This document shows positions 1 through 39,458 of a DNA stretch of 64,000 bases, piece after piece. Source of the DNA: Camelus ferus. Lineage: Eukaryota. A program made the position numbers and the translations under genes. The stretch lies in contig NC_045698.1 of assembly GCF_009834535.1 (NCBI RefSeq), positions 188,001-252,000 on the forward strand, in the 5' to 3' direction. Position 1 is the first letter of the stretch. Each line of letters starts with the position of its first letter. The notes beneath the pieces were generated by a model that searched no databases, was not told where the DNA came from, and was given only the letters and a program-made list of their open reading frames with translations.

Positions 1-892
1 GCTGGTTCTTGAGAAAAGGTTTGAATGGTGGAAGGATGGCAGCATTTATGCAGGTGCCCGGGCCACATGTTTCTGCATTATTTTAAACCAGCTGTCTACT
101 TCTGCTGCTCTGGAACTGAAGATTTTCATCAGGATTGTGTTTGGGTTTGCAGTTGGAGGCGGGAGGGAGGAAGTAACTTGATGGCTCCTGTAGTGTGTCT
201 GTGCTAGGTTCCTTGCTCTGTGCCAGTGCGAAAAGATAACATGGGGAATGAGGCAGTGCTCAGGGCAAGGTTCTGCTTGACTCAGAAGTTCTGAGTGAAT
301 AACAATTGGGAAAAAGTGGGAAGTTAGAAAACATGCCTCTACTTGAGAAAAAGAGATAGAGGAGTAACTTGGTTTTAAGGTGTGGGGGGGTGGGTAATGT
401 TTGTCCCTTTGTCCCTGTTCTGTGATCTGTGTGACTGAGGGATGTGTAGTGGGGGTCGGTGGGGAGGCACAGCAGAAGGAAGCGGGGGTTTAGGGAGAGT
501 GGCTCTGAGCCCTTGGCAGGAGGCACTTCTGTCTTTAACACATGCCTGTAATACCCTTGGGAACGCTTGTCACAACATTATTGGGTACAGGTGACGAGTC
601 TGTTCTACATGTGGGCTTGGGAGTAGGAAGTCTTGTCTGAGGAATCTTGGCTACCCTCCAGGAGCTCCCCAAGGAGCTGAGCACCACATCCTACTACAGA
701 TGAGGCACTGAGGCTGGGGGCTTCCAGAGCTGGGCCCTGTCTCTAGGTTGGCAGGGAGGGGGCGCCCGTTGGAGTCTGCCAGGTCATGAGATCTCTTTCC
801 TGAGCCTGGACCCAGGGCAGAAGGTGGTAGGGAGGTGGGCCTGGAAGGTGCTGCTGGGTTCCTGTGAGGCTCACGGCAGCTCCTTCCTCCAG

Positions 893-13032
<12,140 letters not shown>

Positions 13033-13221
13033 GGAGACTGGAGTACCCCGCTCTTGTAATTATGTGTAACAGCTCACACCCGTGTTCGTGTCGTGACCGC
13101 CGCCTTCAGCTGAGGACGCATCCGAGGGAGATTGCCTGCAGTGACCAACAGCCAGGAGTGTTCCACTTGTCTTTATCCCTGCTTCATTCTTGGAAAGTAA
13201 TCAAACTGGGCACGATTCTTA

Positions 13222-13227
13222 AATGAA
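13222..13227 (+). terminator. Putative SDHA polyadenylation signal (variant AATGAA)
   Basis: AATGAA about 190 nt after the stop, followed by U-rich sequence; no AATAAA seen nearby. Confidence 0.4.
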
Positions 13228-14474
13228 GCGAAAGTTACAAACTTGCTTTTACTTCCAAGCTCATTTATAATCTTATACTGTTTGACTTGAGGCATATTGT
13301 TGACCTGAAATATGTGCCTGTCTTTTTATTCTGTCACATCAAAGTCAAGAAATTTTGTTGTAATATATGTTTGAGTTAGAAATGAATTTGGGTGCCTGAC
13401 AGCAAATGCAGAAAACAGACATTTCCTCCTTGTTCTTAGCATATGGTTTGATAGGTGAACATGTGTCCTGAAGTATTTAAATGACCAAATACTAATGGAA
13501 GCTGATGTGGCTGTGAATGGATTTCTTCCTTTTCCCACTTCTGTGCAGATGCCGCTTGGGGCCACCTTCTAGGTTCTTGTCTTGGGGCAGTTTTTGTAGA
13601 ATCCAGTCCTAGGCAGTCAGGTTCATTTGTTTCAGATTCTATTCTTCAAGTTTAAAGATTACCTTTAAGATTTTCAGTTTGTAAATATGTAAAGTGTTTA
13701 CATGATTCCAAGGCCCGTGTGTTCAGAGCTCACCTCCTTAGTTGTCCCCCCTGCTCCCTACTCCCCTCCATGGCCCCCACTGTGTTTTTTCTTTCTAGTT
13801 AGTGTCCTGAGGAAGAAGAAAGGAAATACATGTTTGTATTAATTAGTAAACTGCTCTGCCCCTTGCCTGCACATTCGGGGTCCTTCCTCGTCAGCCGACC
13901 TTCCTCCCTCCTCCTTTTGGCTGCTTCGTGCTCCACTGCACGAGTGTTCTGTCCTCTAGCGGGGCGTTTGTTGCCTCAGTGAGTAACTGTGTGGAGTCGT
14001 TTTCTTTGCCAGTTTCTCAGAGCGGGAGTCCTAGAAGTAGGATCCCTGGGTCAGAGGGCAAGTACACTTGTTTTGTGAGATGCTGCAGAATTCTCTTCCG
14101 TAGGGGCTGTGAAATTCTGCATTGCCACCAGTAGTGCCCGAGTCCCTGTTTCCCACAGCTCTGCAGAGAAAGTATGGTGGTAAACTTCTACCATCCAAAC
14201 TGTAAAGACTACATCTGATTGAAATAGGTTGAATATATTAAAAACTGAATTCATAATGGTAATTTTAAAAAACCAGAACCAAATAAGAATATAATGAATG
14301 ACTCTTGGAAGTAACTAGGGCACTGACTGCTAACACTGACAATGGACAATTAAAGGAAAATGATGAAATGACTATCCTGCCTTTTCTCTACAAATTGCAA
14401 TTCATGATAACCTAGTTGATTAGGGAACTTCACAGAGGGCTTCCTGAGATAGATGAGTGGCACCATTCGGCAGT

Positions 14475-14620
14475 CCGGGTGCACTTGACTGTATCAGCAT
14501 CACCTTGTTAGAAAATTCCCAGCCCCACTCCACTCCAGAGCTGATTCTGTAGGTCCTGGGGTTGGGCCTGAGAATCTGCATTTCTAACATGTCCAGGGAC
14601 CACACTTTGAAAACTACTTG
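14475..14620. mobile_element. MER5-like hAT-Charlie DNA transposon remnant
   Basis: gggcctgagaatctgcatttctaaca...gaccacactttgaaaac resembles MER5. Confidence 0.7.
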
Positions 14621-15262
14621 CGTGGAGTGATGTGGTCCGACAAAACGAATGAAGTAATTTCCAGGAGAATATAACAGGCAGAAGGACTGCTGACCACCTC
14701 AGACCGCTTCATCCCAGCCAGGAGATATAATGAAGTTTATACCAAAGTGCTTTGTAAACAAGGTGGAAGTGTTACTGCGGGCATTCGAGCAACATTTAAG
14801 TGTTAGGACAAGAAATTTAAAGCCAGCACAGGTACCCCTGAGGCATGACAGGATGGTAACAGGAGGGCTGATTCGGTTGCAAAGAAATAACTGATGGGGT
14901 GGTTTCCTTATCTCATCTGCTACTTCTGAACCAAAAACAAACTTTCAAACTATTTTCATGAATATTCTGGGACCAAGAAAACCACTGGGAAATGGGTTGT
15001 CTGGAAATGTAAGTTTCTACGGGCTCCACGAGGTAAGGAACCACGGGACAGAACATTTCGTACTAGAAATGTTTGTAAAATGTGTGTTCAGGGTTTTAGA
15101 GGAACCCATGTGTTTTGGGGGAATTGATGCACCAGGGAAGTAAAAAAGGGAAAAAAAGGTGTTCCAAGCTAAAAAGAAAATTTCATTCTGCCCGGAGAGA
15201 TGTGGGTAATTTCTAGTGTGGGTCAAAAGAATCAAAAAGGTAAGCTACATAGTAAAATACTC

Positions 15263-15455
15263 AGACCTGCACTGTTCATAGCAACAGCCACTTGGCTATT
15301 TATATTTAAGTTCACTAAAATTATGTAAAATTCCATTCTCCTGTCACCTGGATCCATTTCAAGTGCTTGGTAGCCATGTGTGGCTGGTGGCCATCACACT
15401 GGATGGCAGATACAGCAATTCCATCATTGCAGTAAGTTTCAGGGGCCAATGCTAG
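15263..15455. mobile_element. MER3-like DNA transposon remnant
   Basis: catttcaagtgcttggtagccatgtgtggctggtggc...ttccatcattgcagtaagttt. Confidence 0.65.
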
Positions 15456-17549
15456 TGAAGACTTTGGTCATACCTTCTTTTACCTAGCATCGTGTGTTCC
15501 ATAAATTGACCACTGCTCAGTAAGAAGCCAGAGTTAAATACAAACTGGAAAGTCATTCGCTTTCGTATTGAATTCTGACAAGAATATTTGCTGAAAAGGA
15601 AGGAGAGAGCAGGACACAGGCTGTGCCCTGCATTCCGTGCCAAAGGCTGTCAGCAGGGAAGTGACTGGAAAAGGAAAGGTCTCCAGCGTGCAGTTGCCAT
15701 AGTGGTCCTGCTGAGAAGATAAACACAAGTAATGAACCCGAGTGTCTTGTGAGAAAAGCTGTTGAGGTAGATGATACAAGATGTGTCTGTGAGTGTGTGC
15801 ATTGACACACGTGTACGTAGGACAGAATGAGGGCATATAACCTACTTGGTCATCCATTTATTTCATGTGTTTATTGAGGGCTTACTATATGCTGAAGACC
15901 GATGAACAAGATAGTGGACTGAAAACTGTTAGGAATACTAGCACCTTATGTTTAGAGCCAATGTTTAGAAAAATTCTAAGGATGATAAAAGAGGCATTTT
16001 TTCCAATTAGCTCGGAGAAATTAGACCAAAGGAATGACTGGCCCAATATTAGGGAAGAAAGCCATGTCTTCCTGTTCACTTCTCTTCACCCAGAGACATC
16101 ATCTAAACGGAAGGCTTAGAACAGATCTGGTTAGGAGGGAATTGAATCCCAAGATAGGCGAGGAGATAGTGGCAAGCACATCAATACTTTACTGACTGGT
16201 CTGCAGAGCCAGGGGCGGGAGATTGTCTGCCTCTTTCTGTTGGCAGAAGGTGGGCACTGCTCCTGCTGTACATCTTGGCAAGGTGGTGTTGGCGCTCCAG
16301 GTGACACCCCCCCCCCCAAATGGATGGCAGCAGTCTGTGGCCAGGACTGTGGGTTAAGTACTGCACTAGGGCATAGCACAGGTGCCACGACCCATGTGCG
16401 TGCCTCGATTAGCCTCACAGAGCTTCAGCTCTTGGCCATCAGGGCTGAGGTGAAGGGAGGGACTAGGGCTGCCTAGTTGGCGAACGCGCCAGGCCAGTCT
16501 CTGATGAATCCTAGGCTCATTTGTACATATATATGGGTATGCATTGAGGGGTATGATTTTTTTCGTTTAAATCTTCATTTCCTAAATTAATCTCCCTTTT
16601 AAGAATAAGCCTTGCCACCGCTGAGGTGGCACAGAAAAGGCACAGACAGACCTGGACTAGAATCTCTTCTGCCTCCGACCTTAGGCCAGCACATTTTTCT
16701 TGCCAGTAAAATGGGGGCCTTGATACCTTGCCACAAGGTGCTGGGATGAGGATGACAGGAATATTTAAACATGAAGGTAGATTCAGTAAAAGTGCTTCTT
16801 TTGCATGAAGTATTTCCCATCTCTAGACCTACACAGAAAGTGGAATGGAGCACTTCTGGGCCCCACAGACGGTGCTGGCTGTGGCAATCTAGGCTGGAAT
16901 CTTGGCTGAGGATTGGTGGAGCCCATGACACCGTCTGGAGAGGGAGGCCAAGGCCAGCTGAAGTCGCTGAGAAGTTTCTTGCTGAAGTTGCACAGTACTG
17001 GAGAACTTACAAATTCGATCACAAAATCGTACGTATTTATTTTGTGGAGTCCTAGAGAACAAAAAAGGAGCCAGAGATGGGAGATACAAAAAAATAGATT
17101 TCAGAAACTACAAAGAGCTGTGGAAAATTGTAGCTAGGGTTAGTCAACAAGTGATGTGAATGTTTTATGAGGATAAAACTAGAAACCACTTGAATTCATT
17201 AAGTGATTTAAAAAGCCAAATTGTTGAAGAGGCTTGTAGAGTAAATGATCTGTGTGAATGTCGAAGTTAGAGTATCTTAATCTCTTTGAAGAGTTAAAAA
17301 AAACTCTCCAGCATATGGTCTGGTGGGTAAAAGAGAGAAAAGGGACGGAAAACAATACAGCTGGAGAATGACAAGGGGTCAGACACGGAGCCAGAGCCCT
17401 GAATAATGGAGTCATGTCCAGGAAAAGTCTCGGGCGCCTCCTCGGTGCTCGACTCCTCAAGCTGTAAGCAGCGGAGGAGGATGAAACACGTCAGCGTGAT
17501 CTGGAGCAAGAACTCAAACCCCTGAGAGGCTAGAAGGCTAGAAGCTGAT

Positions 17550-31205
<13,656 letters not shown>

Positions 31206-31645
31206 CATGGGCCTTCTGCAAGTAACCAACATGGCTTATGGATAAAAGAGACTGAAAATGCCAAATCTCTTAGTTTAACAAAACGAACACGGATGCAGTT
31301 AGATACTGTTCCTGTTTTAGGTTTTGTATAATGAATATTTGGGGACCCAACTGTACATATGTGGATAAGCTGGTTAATGTTTCACAACTGTAACAATAGT
31401 CGTGTCAGATGTAGACATTTGATTTGAGACTTCACCTGTGCCATGAGGTGAGATGTAATGATGTTTCAGGTCTTCTGCATGCACAGAACTCATCATGTGC
31501 TTTTCTAGATAGCTCCCATTCTAGAGTGAAGACACCTTATTAGCCAATAGGAATTTTAAATAATATGGAACTTGCACAGAAGGCTGGTCACGTGCCTTAC
31601 TTTTTAAAGAGGTTTACTGTATTCACTTGCATTTGCAGCACAAGC

Positions 31646-31651
31646 AATAAA
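31646..31651 (+). terminator. PDCD6 polyadenylation signal
   Basis: AATAAA about 440 nt after the stop, at the end of an AT-rich 3'UTR. Confidence 0.8.
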
Positions 31652-33859
31652 GCACACAGGCCCTTGTCCCCAGCTGGCTCCTTCTGGTCGGCTGGGCCCC
31701 AAGGGTTCCGGCATCTTCCGGGGTAACCCCTGGCTCTGCTTCTGGAAATCCAGAGATTTGCCCGTCCTCCGTGATAGGAGTTGGTCTGTATTTGTACAGC
31801 GTTGGGCGCACAGATCCAGATTTGGGTTAGAAGGGGGTGGGATTTCTTTCACTTGCTAACAACGCCCCTGTGCGCCAGTGGCGGTCTGTGAGTTGCGAGC
31901 GAGAGGTGCAGCCAGTGCTGTGCCTGCCCCGTGGAATCGCTTCAGGCTCTCCTGTCTCCCTCCCTTCGTGTGCTTCCGCAAACCAGGATTCGGGGCAGAG
32001 GCTGTGAGGGACTTGGGGTTCTGGGTGGGTGCCAGGGATCTGTAAATGGGGCTGGGGCACCAAAAACTGGGTGTCTGTGGGGGTTCGTTTTGGGGACCTG
32101 TGCTGGGTGGGGAACTGGGGGCTGTGGCTTCCTGTCTGTGGTGTCTGTGATTGGAGGGAACGTCACTGACCACAGTATACTGGGTCGGGGTGAAGAGTCT
32201 GTGGCTCAGAGACCGGCCTTCTGAGCTAGGGGGTCGGGGGATTTCCACCCATTTCCATTTGGGGGCCTCTCTGGATTTCAACACACTCGTGAGGGCACCA
32301 GCACGTGATCCCAAGTTCTACTCCAGTGAGGTCAGTCACAAAGTTTTTAACTTTGAGAGTCCTTCAGAACCCCAGGCCCCAGACTCCCTGAGGCCTTCAT
32401 GAATCCAGAACCCAAGTTCCTGACTCCCTGAGACCTGGGACGTCTGGGTGCTCAGGTGGACTCAACATCTTCCAGCTGGTACTCCACCACCTCCATCTCC
32501 TCACCCCCAAGGCACCGGTAGCCTGCCTCCCTGTCCCCTGTACACAGCGGTGTCCTTCCTCCCCTGGGGGGCCCTGTGCTTAGCTGTCCCTTGACCTGCG
32601 CTGCAAGGTCCCCAAGCTTAGAGTGAGGGCGGTGGGAATCCACCTCGCTGATCTCTGACCCCACAGGCTGCCCTCTCCCCCACCACCACTCCGCAGGCTG
32701 GCTCTGCCTTCGTCCTGGATTCCTGGGACCTGGAACCCCTCCAGCTGCTTTCAAGCAATGGTGATTCATGGCCTCGGAGCGGAACCTGCCCAGTGCACAG
32801 TCGGCGTTTGATCTCTGCAGGTCATTGGAGGCCAGCTCGCACCTGCGAGTGGCCATGCTCAGGCGCATCCCCTGATTCAGGGACATGAAGGAAGAAGGGG
32901 AGACGATTTTGAGAGAAGGTCTGATTGTGGGTGGGTTTTGGTCTCTCAGGGAGTGGCCATGGCACCAGTGAAAATAGTGTGGGCCTGTCAGCACCTCACA
33001 GGTGGATGGTTCAGAAGTACTCAGGTGTGAGGGACAGACACAGGTGGTGGTAGAGATACAGGTGTGCCATGCAGATTCGCTCAGGTGTGCGGTGCAGACG
33101 CTGCACACCGTCAGTGGAGTCCAGGGTTTTGGCCAGTGAAGGTACGTTGAGAGGCAGGTAGGGGTGTGGGGGGTGGGGACGTGGCTGCCCCCGTGGAAGG
33201 CACGAGAGGCAGGTGGCCTTAAGGGTTGGGGGTCCGTCCTGAGCCCCGTTGCTCAGCAGGCTGCAGGAAGGTAAGGACTCCCCTGGATGGGCCATGGCTG
33301 CTTGGTCTCGGAGGCCAGTCGGCCACATGGGGGCAGTGCAGTCCCACCCAGAGGGACTCACCTCCCCCAGAACTGGAGCCCTGACCTCAGTGACCAGCCG
33401 GCTGGGAATGTACGGAAGCAGCAGTGCCACCAGAGGGCCCCCGGGCTGAGCTGTGAGGACAGCAGCAACTGCCCTAGAAAGTGGCCGTGAAGCACGCAGG
33501 ATGCTGTGTGGCCAAGATAGTCCCCACAGAATCCCCGCTGGGTCCTCCTCCTGTCGCCCGAATCCCTCTAACCGAGGCCCCCCCACCCACAGGACCAGCC
33601 TGCTGCCCTGGGAGGCGGGGACTGGACAGGGGGCTGGGCAGGGTGTGCCCCCCTCACCTCACGCCAGCTGGCAGAGTGGGGCACTGTACTGCTCCGTGGC
33701 GTTTACGAGCACCTGTGAGTGTGAGTGTACATGCTTATTTGATCACTGTCTAGAGGCTCCAGGAAGCCAGCCCACGACCACGTCTGCCTCTGAGAGTCGG
33801 CACATGTGCACCCCATGGAAAGATAGTTAAAGGTGGAGATTCTTACCTGCTGTGTGTGT

Positions 33860-35310
33860 CTTAAACTGTGCATAACATAAAATTGCCAATTTTAACCGGT
33901 TTTAAGTGTGCTGTTATGCAGTATTAAGTACACTCAGGTGTGCCACCACCATCGCCTCTGTGACTCTTCATCCTGTAAAACTGAGCCTCTGTCCCCCTGA
34001 AAAATGCTGCCCACCCCCTTCCCCAGCCCCTGGCCCCCGCCACCCTGCTTACTGTCTCTCTGCACCTGACTCCTCTGGGTCCCTTGCACGAGTGGAATCC
34101 TACAGGGTTTGTCCCTTGCGACTGGCTTATCTCACTGAGCGTAGCGTCCTCGAGGTTCACATGTTGCAGCAGGCGTCGCAGTGCCCTTCCTCGGTAAGGC
34201 TGGAGAGTCCATTGTGTGAATGGACCACACTGTTTATTCGCTCATCTGCTAATGGACACTTGAGTTGCTTCCACGTTTTGGCTACTGTGAATATGCTGCT
34301 GTGGATGTTGGTGTACAGATACCTCAAGACCCTGGTTTTATAGTAACTGTGTTTACTCTCGGGAGGAACTTGCATACTGTTTTCCACAGTGGTTGCACCC
34401 CTTTACATTCCTACCAATAGTGCGTAGCAATCCCAGTGTCCCCACATCCTCGCCACCTCTTGCTATGTTTTGGTAGTAGCCATCCCAACAGGTGTGAGGT
34501 GGCATCTCATTCGTGGTTTTGATCTGCATTTCCCTAATGATCGGTGATGTTGAGCATCTTTTCATGTGCTTGCTGGCCATTCATTAGTCTTTGGAGAAAT
34601 GTCTGTTCAAGACCTTTGCCCATTTTAACATTGGTTGTCTCTGATTGTTGAGTTGTAGGGTTTCTTCATATACTCTGGATATGAATTCCTTGTCAGATGA
34701 ATGATCTGCAACATTTTCTCCCATTCTGTAAGTCGCCTTTTCACTCTATTGATAATGAAAACTGATGCACGAAAGTTCTAAACTTTTAAACATGGTCCTA
34801 CTGTATAGCACAAGAACTATATTCAGTAACTTGTAATAACCTCTAATGGAAAAGAATACAAAAGAGCGTATACATACGTATGTGTATAACTGAATCACGA
34901 TGCTGCACACCAGAAACTAACACAACGTTGTATGTCAGTGGTACTTCATTTAAAGAAAGTTCCACATTTTGACCTAGTCTAACTTACCTTACTTTCTTTT
35001 GTTGCTTGTGCTTTCGGTGTCATATGCATGAAATCATCACCAGACCCAGTCACGAAGCTTTCCCCCTGTGTTATCTTCTAAGGGCTGTATTTCTACATAG
35101 GTCTTCATCCACTTTGAGGTGATTGTTGCACGTGGTGGTAGGTGAGGGTCCAGCTTCAATCTTTTCCATGTGGATGTCCATCTCCCCACCACCATTTGTT
35201 GGAAAGAAAGTCCTTTCCCTCCTGAATGATCTCAGCACCCTTGTCAAACATCATTGACCATATGTGTGAGGGTATTTCTAAGCTCTCTTTTCTGTTCCAT
35301 TGGTCTGTAC
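33860..35310 (-). mobile_element. Old L1 3' part (ORF2 end and 3'UTR) with a nested younger L1 tail
   Basis: Minus-strand peptides FTVAKTWKQLKCP...ERINSV and MKRCSTSPIIREMQIKTT are L1 ORF2-like. Confidence 0.85.
34790..34955 (+). mobile_element. Short, severely 5'-truncated L1 3' tail nested in the older L1
   Basis: gtcctactgtatagcaca...tgctgcacaccagaaactaacacaac; same motif family as 40345-40500; degenerate TSD GAAAGTTC...TTTT on both sides. Confidence 0.75.
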
Positions 35311-38300
35311 TTACTTGTTTTATACACAAGAAAGTGAAGGCCCAGGGAGGGCCCATAGCTGGCAGAAGTCCCATGATGAGTGGTGGTTAGGCTGGGATGT
35401 GGATGGAAGGTGCCCTGGAACTTGCCCTCTTCACGCTGGGAGGTGGGGAGCATGGGGCACCTCTGGCCCGCCCATTCTTCCCACTAGACAGCACCCAGGA
35501 CAGCTGCGCAGGGCCTCCTCTTGTTATGTAGGTTCAAACCAGCTGCCAGCAATTCAGAGAAGCTTTAAGATGGCAAAGTTCCCATTGAAATTGCCTTCAA
35601 ACAATGCAAAGAGCCATAGAGGGAAACACCTGTCCGCAAGCCCCCAAAGGGCAAATTCCAGGGAGGCCGGGAAGATTCAGGACAGCAGTGGCAGCCAAAG
35701 GGGTTGAGGGAGGCCTGGGGGCTCCCTGTGGGGCGAGCCCTCTGCCCCTAGGCAGCTCACAGAAACCCACCACCAAGACCATGCCTGAAGACACCCACTG
35801 CCCAAGCCCACCACTCCGTCCGTCCAGGGCAGTGCCTCCCTGTCATGTGAAGCACAGGAAGGTCCACCCGACATTTGTACAAGGGGCGAGTCAGGGACTA
35901 GAAGAAACACCTTAGAGCCCCTGCAACCTGCAGCTGCTTATCTCAGAGACGGCTGAAGACGCTGCATGCATTAAAAAGGAATCAGTTCTAGGAGAGGGAA
36001 GTAGTACAGAATGAGAAATCACTCTTAGAAGTTAAAAATAGAGTATTTGGAAATATCTGGAAGGGAAAAAGTTAAGGACTAGAGAAAACTGTAGGGAGGA
36101 AAAATTCAAAACAACAAAGGGGCATTTTCCAGGGCTAAGGCTGGTGAGGTGAATTTGATGGACAGGCAGGGAGGACCACCAAACCCCGGCACAAGGAGGG
36201 AGGACACAGGTGCAGGGCATGGGCAAGGGGCCGGAGCTCAGACACGTGGAGGGAAGCGGTTTCCAAGCTGAACGTCCTGGGTGAATCAGGAGATAGTTTC
36301 CGATAAATGTTCCTCCCACATTCCGTTCCTTTAACTGGGCGGTTGCTGGAGGGTGTGCTCCAGCACAACGGAGTGAGTGGACCTCGAGGAGGCTGGCTGA
36401 GCGGGCAGTGGCCTGGAGGGACCGTCTGTGTGGGGTGTGGGGGCTGAGATGGGCTGACTCATGGAGCTGCCGAAGGATGTGGAGGACAGGCAGGTTCAAA
36501 GAAAACCAGGCAAGTGAGTCATTGTTCACTGGGGGCTGGGGTTGTGCAAGAAAGGAAATAACTCTGGGGAGCTGGCCTCTCCCCACTCCTTCCGCCCCCC
36601 CCCCCCACTGCCCCCACAGTGGCTGATTCTGGGCTGGGAGGCTGCAGCAGGTACAAGGTGGATGCAAGTTCCTGCACTGCCCTCTCCCCATAGACCCCAA
36701 AGTCAGGAAGTGACGGACGTCGGGTGGCTCTGCTTTAAGCTGAAGGAAATGGGAAATGACAAGCCAGATATTCCGGGAAGACTGTTCCAGTCAGAGGCAA
36801 CAGCACCTGTGAAACCCCTGGGGAGGCCCGGCTGCTTCTGGAGCAGGCAGAAGAGAGGGCAGAGCCTGGAGGGTCTTTGCTGCCCACTCTTCGCAGGCAT
36901 GGGCTCCCTGCAAACCCTGACCCCGCACATGAGTGCCCCGGGCAAAGCCAGCCTCTGCCTTCCTGGCCACAGCCCCCAGGACCAGCCAGTTCCAGGGAAG
37001 GGGGCACCATCCCTCCCCTGCTCCATGCCCCAGGGGCAGTGAATATCCAGGCTCATGGTTTCCCACTGGACCCTCAAGTTGGGTGAGACCCCCAAGGGTC
37101 TGCTGAGGGTGGGGACGTGCCCACCACTCCCAGCTCCTGCTGACAGGAGCCTCAGAGGAGCAGATGCCTGCGCAGGGCCAGCCACCTGGTGGGCCTGGGG
37201 TCTGCAGGGGCCTCAGGGTGACTGGCGCAGGGCTGCTGGCAGCAGGGTGGGAGTGCTGAGAGGTGCAGGTGAGGGCTGCAGTTAGACCCGGACAGGACCG
37301 GCTCTGCCCACCCCCTGAGGGTCTCTTACCTTCTGACACCTCATCTACTCCCGTGCCCATCCACCACAGCCAACACCTCTGGTGTTCAGCAGCAACCCTG
37401 GAATCATGTTTTATTGACTCTAATGTCCCGCTGAGCCAGTGGAGTGCCTGGTTCATTTCTGCTTCACTGCCTTGCCAGATACCACGTGGCTTTAATGCAG
37501 TCCTGCACCCTGCGCCACACCAGGCCCTTCCCAGATGGACACCCACTAGGGGGCCCCGCCCCTTCCTGGGGCCTCTGTCCCGGGGCCTCCTGGGGGTGGA
37601 GGGTTTGGGGAGGTGCCTGGGGCCCCCACTACTGGGCCCTTCTCCACCTGCAGATGGGGACCCTGAGCCCTGCAAGGAGGCTCCTGCAGATGCGAGGGTG
37701 CAGGTGCGTGTCGGCCACCCCCCCCCGGGGCCTGTCCTGCCCCTTCCTGCCCCAACCCGGCCGCAGGCCAGGCTGCCCCAAGCTGACAAATCTTGCAGGA
37801 TCCAAGCTTTTGCCAAGAGTGGGAAGCTCTGCCTGGCTGTCCACCTCCTGCACGGAGGTGACTTCTGATGCAATTGAGGCTGGACAGGGAGGGGGACTCG
37901 AGAGCTACCCACAGAGATAACAGCAGGGAGCCACCCAGCGGCTCTGGACAGAATGCTCCACGTCCTCCTCCGGCCTCCAGGGGAAGTGAGGTGGGAGAGA
38001 GAAAGCACAGACCTGCACAAGGGCTGCTCAAGTGACAGGCACTAGCTATCCCCGACCAGGAGTGCAGTCTGGCACCTGTGCTGGGCACTGCAGGGTGACA
38101 GCACACCTCTGTCTGCCTCTGAGGACGGCCTTGGCTGTCTGGGGAGGGAGGAGGACACTGAACCACTGGGAGAGGGCAGGCGGGCAGGGCCAGGCTGGCA
38201 GATCATGCTTATGTGGCTGTCACATCACTGAGCTCCCAGAACGGCCACATCTGGGACACAGACTTGGGGACACAGAAGTGGGCAGTGGGGGCTGGGTGGC

Positions 38301-39458
38301 ACCTGGGGGATTTTGTCTTTTCCCAGCTCTTCCCTGATGGGTGTGGGTCACCCTCCCACCCTGGGAGGACAAATGATCCAGGAAAGAGGAATTGGTCCCC
38401 CGCTGGTTGAAATTGTGGGTGGAGCGGGAGGACTCAGCAACTTGGAGCCTGTTTGAAGTGGGGGGTCCTGAGCTGGGAGGGGTCTCTGAGGAGAAGGCTG
38501 CCTGAACTGTGGCCACAGAGGGGAGAAATTGCGGGTTGGGGGGTGTGTCCAGCTGTATTTGGATCCATGTGATGGGAGTGGGGGCAGAGTGGTCACCACG
38601 GTGAAGACGAAGGGGCATCCAGACATTTGCTGCAGCCTGCTGTGTGTCTGCACGACCTGTATGAGCAGAAAGCCCTGAGTCACGACGCTCCAGTGGGAAC
38701 GCTGCCCAGGGCTCCCACCAAGGGGGCTCGCCCTGGAATCCTGGGACATCACAGGTGACACCTCCCTGAGAAGGGTTATCCTGTTTGTGTTCAGTCCCGC
38801 CAACCCACAGGGTCTGCAGAGCCCACAGGCTTTGGGGACACAGCCGAGGTGGGTGGTTTGAGGGCAGGAAGGGGAAGTGGACACTTTGGTTTTCTCCTGC
38901 ATGTTGGCTGCATAGCTTGACCTGCCCCCAGGAAGCGGCAGCAAGAAGCAATGAGGAATCTCACTCAGGCTGCTTCCCGATGGGACAGCGTGGGTAACTG
39001 GGACTGGTGCCTGGACGGCAACCTAGAAAGGGTGCTCTGAGATATGTAGGTGCTGTCTTTCCATGCAGGGGACATGCTGGCTCTTACAAATCCCCAGATC
39101 CTCAGGGTACCCACTCAGGTGTCCTCACCCACCTTCTTGGGTCCGAGGGTCCCCCACAGGCCTTGGATATGACAGGACAGACCCACCTTACCTCTGCCAC
39201 GCCAAGATGTGGCCCCTGAATGTCACACACATGCTTACTTATTCTCATTAATAAAAAGACAACCTACAGTAAGATACAAAAGCACTCCATGCTCCTTGCA
39301 AAATGTTCAGGAGTTGTAGAAATTTTAAAAAGTAAAAAGAAATTAAAGTTCACTTGTAACCTAAGTTATTTGCCCAGAATTTTTCTGTGCATAACGCACT
39401 TTACAAAACTTGGATCAAGATTTAACTGTTGATTTTAACAACTTAAAAAATACAGCAA

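Noticed and set aside
36791..38020. 409-aa minus-strand ORF, the longest in the track
   Set aside because: G/P/R/A-rich, no recognisable domain, overlapped by long ORFs in other frames; typical of stop-poor GC-rich DNA.
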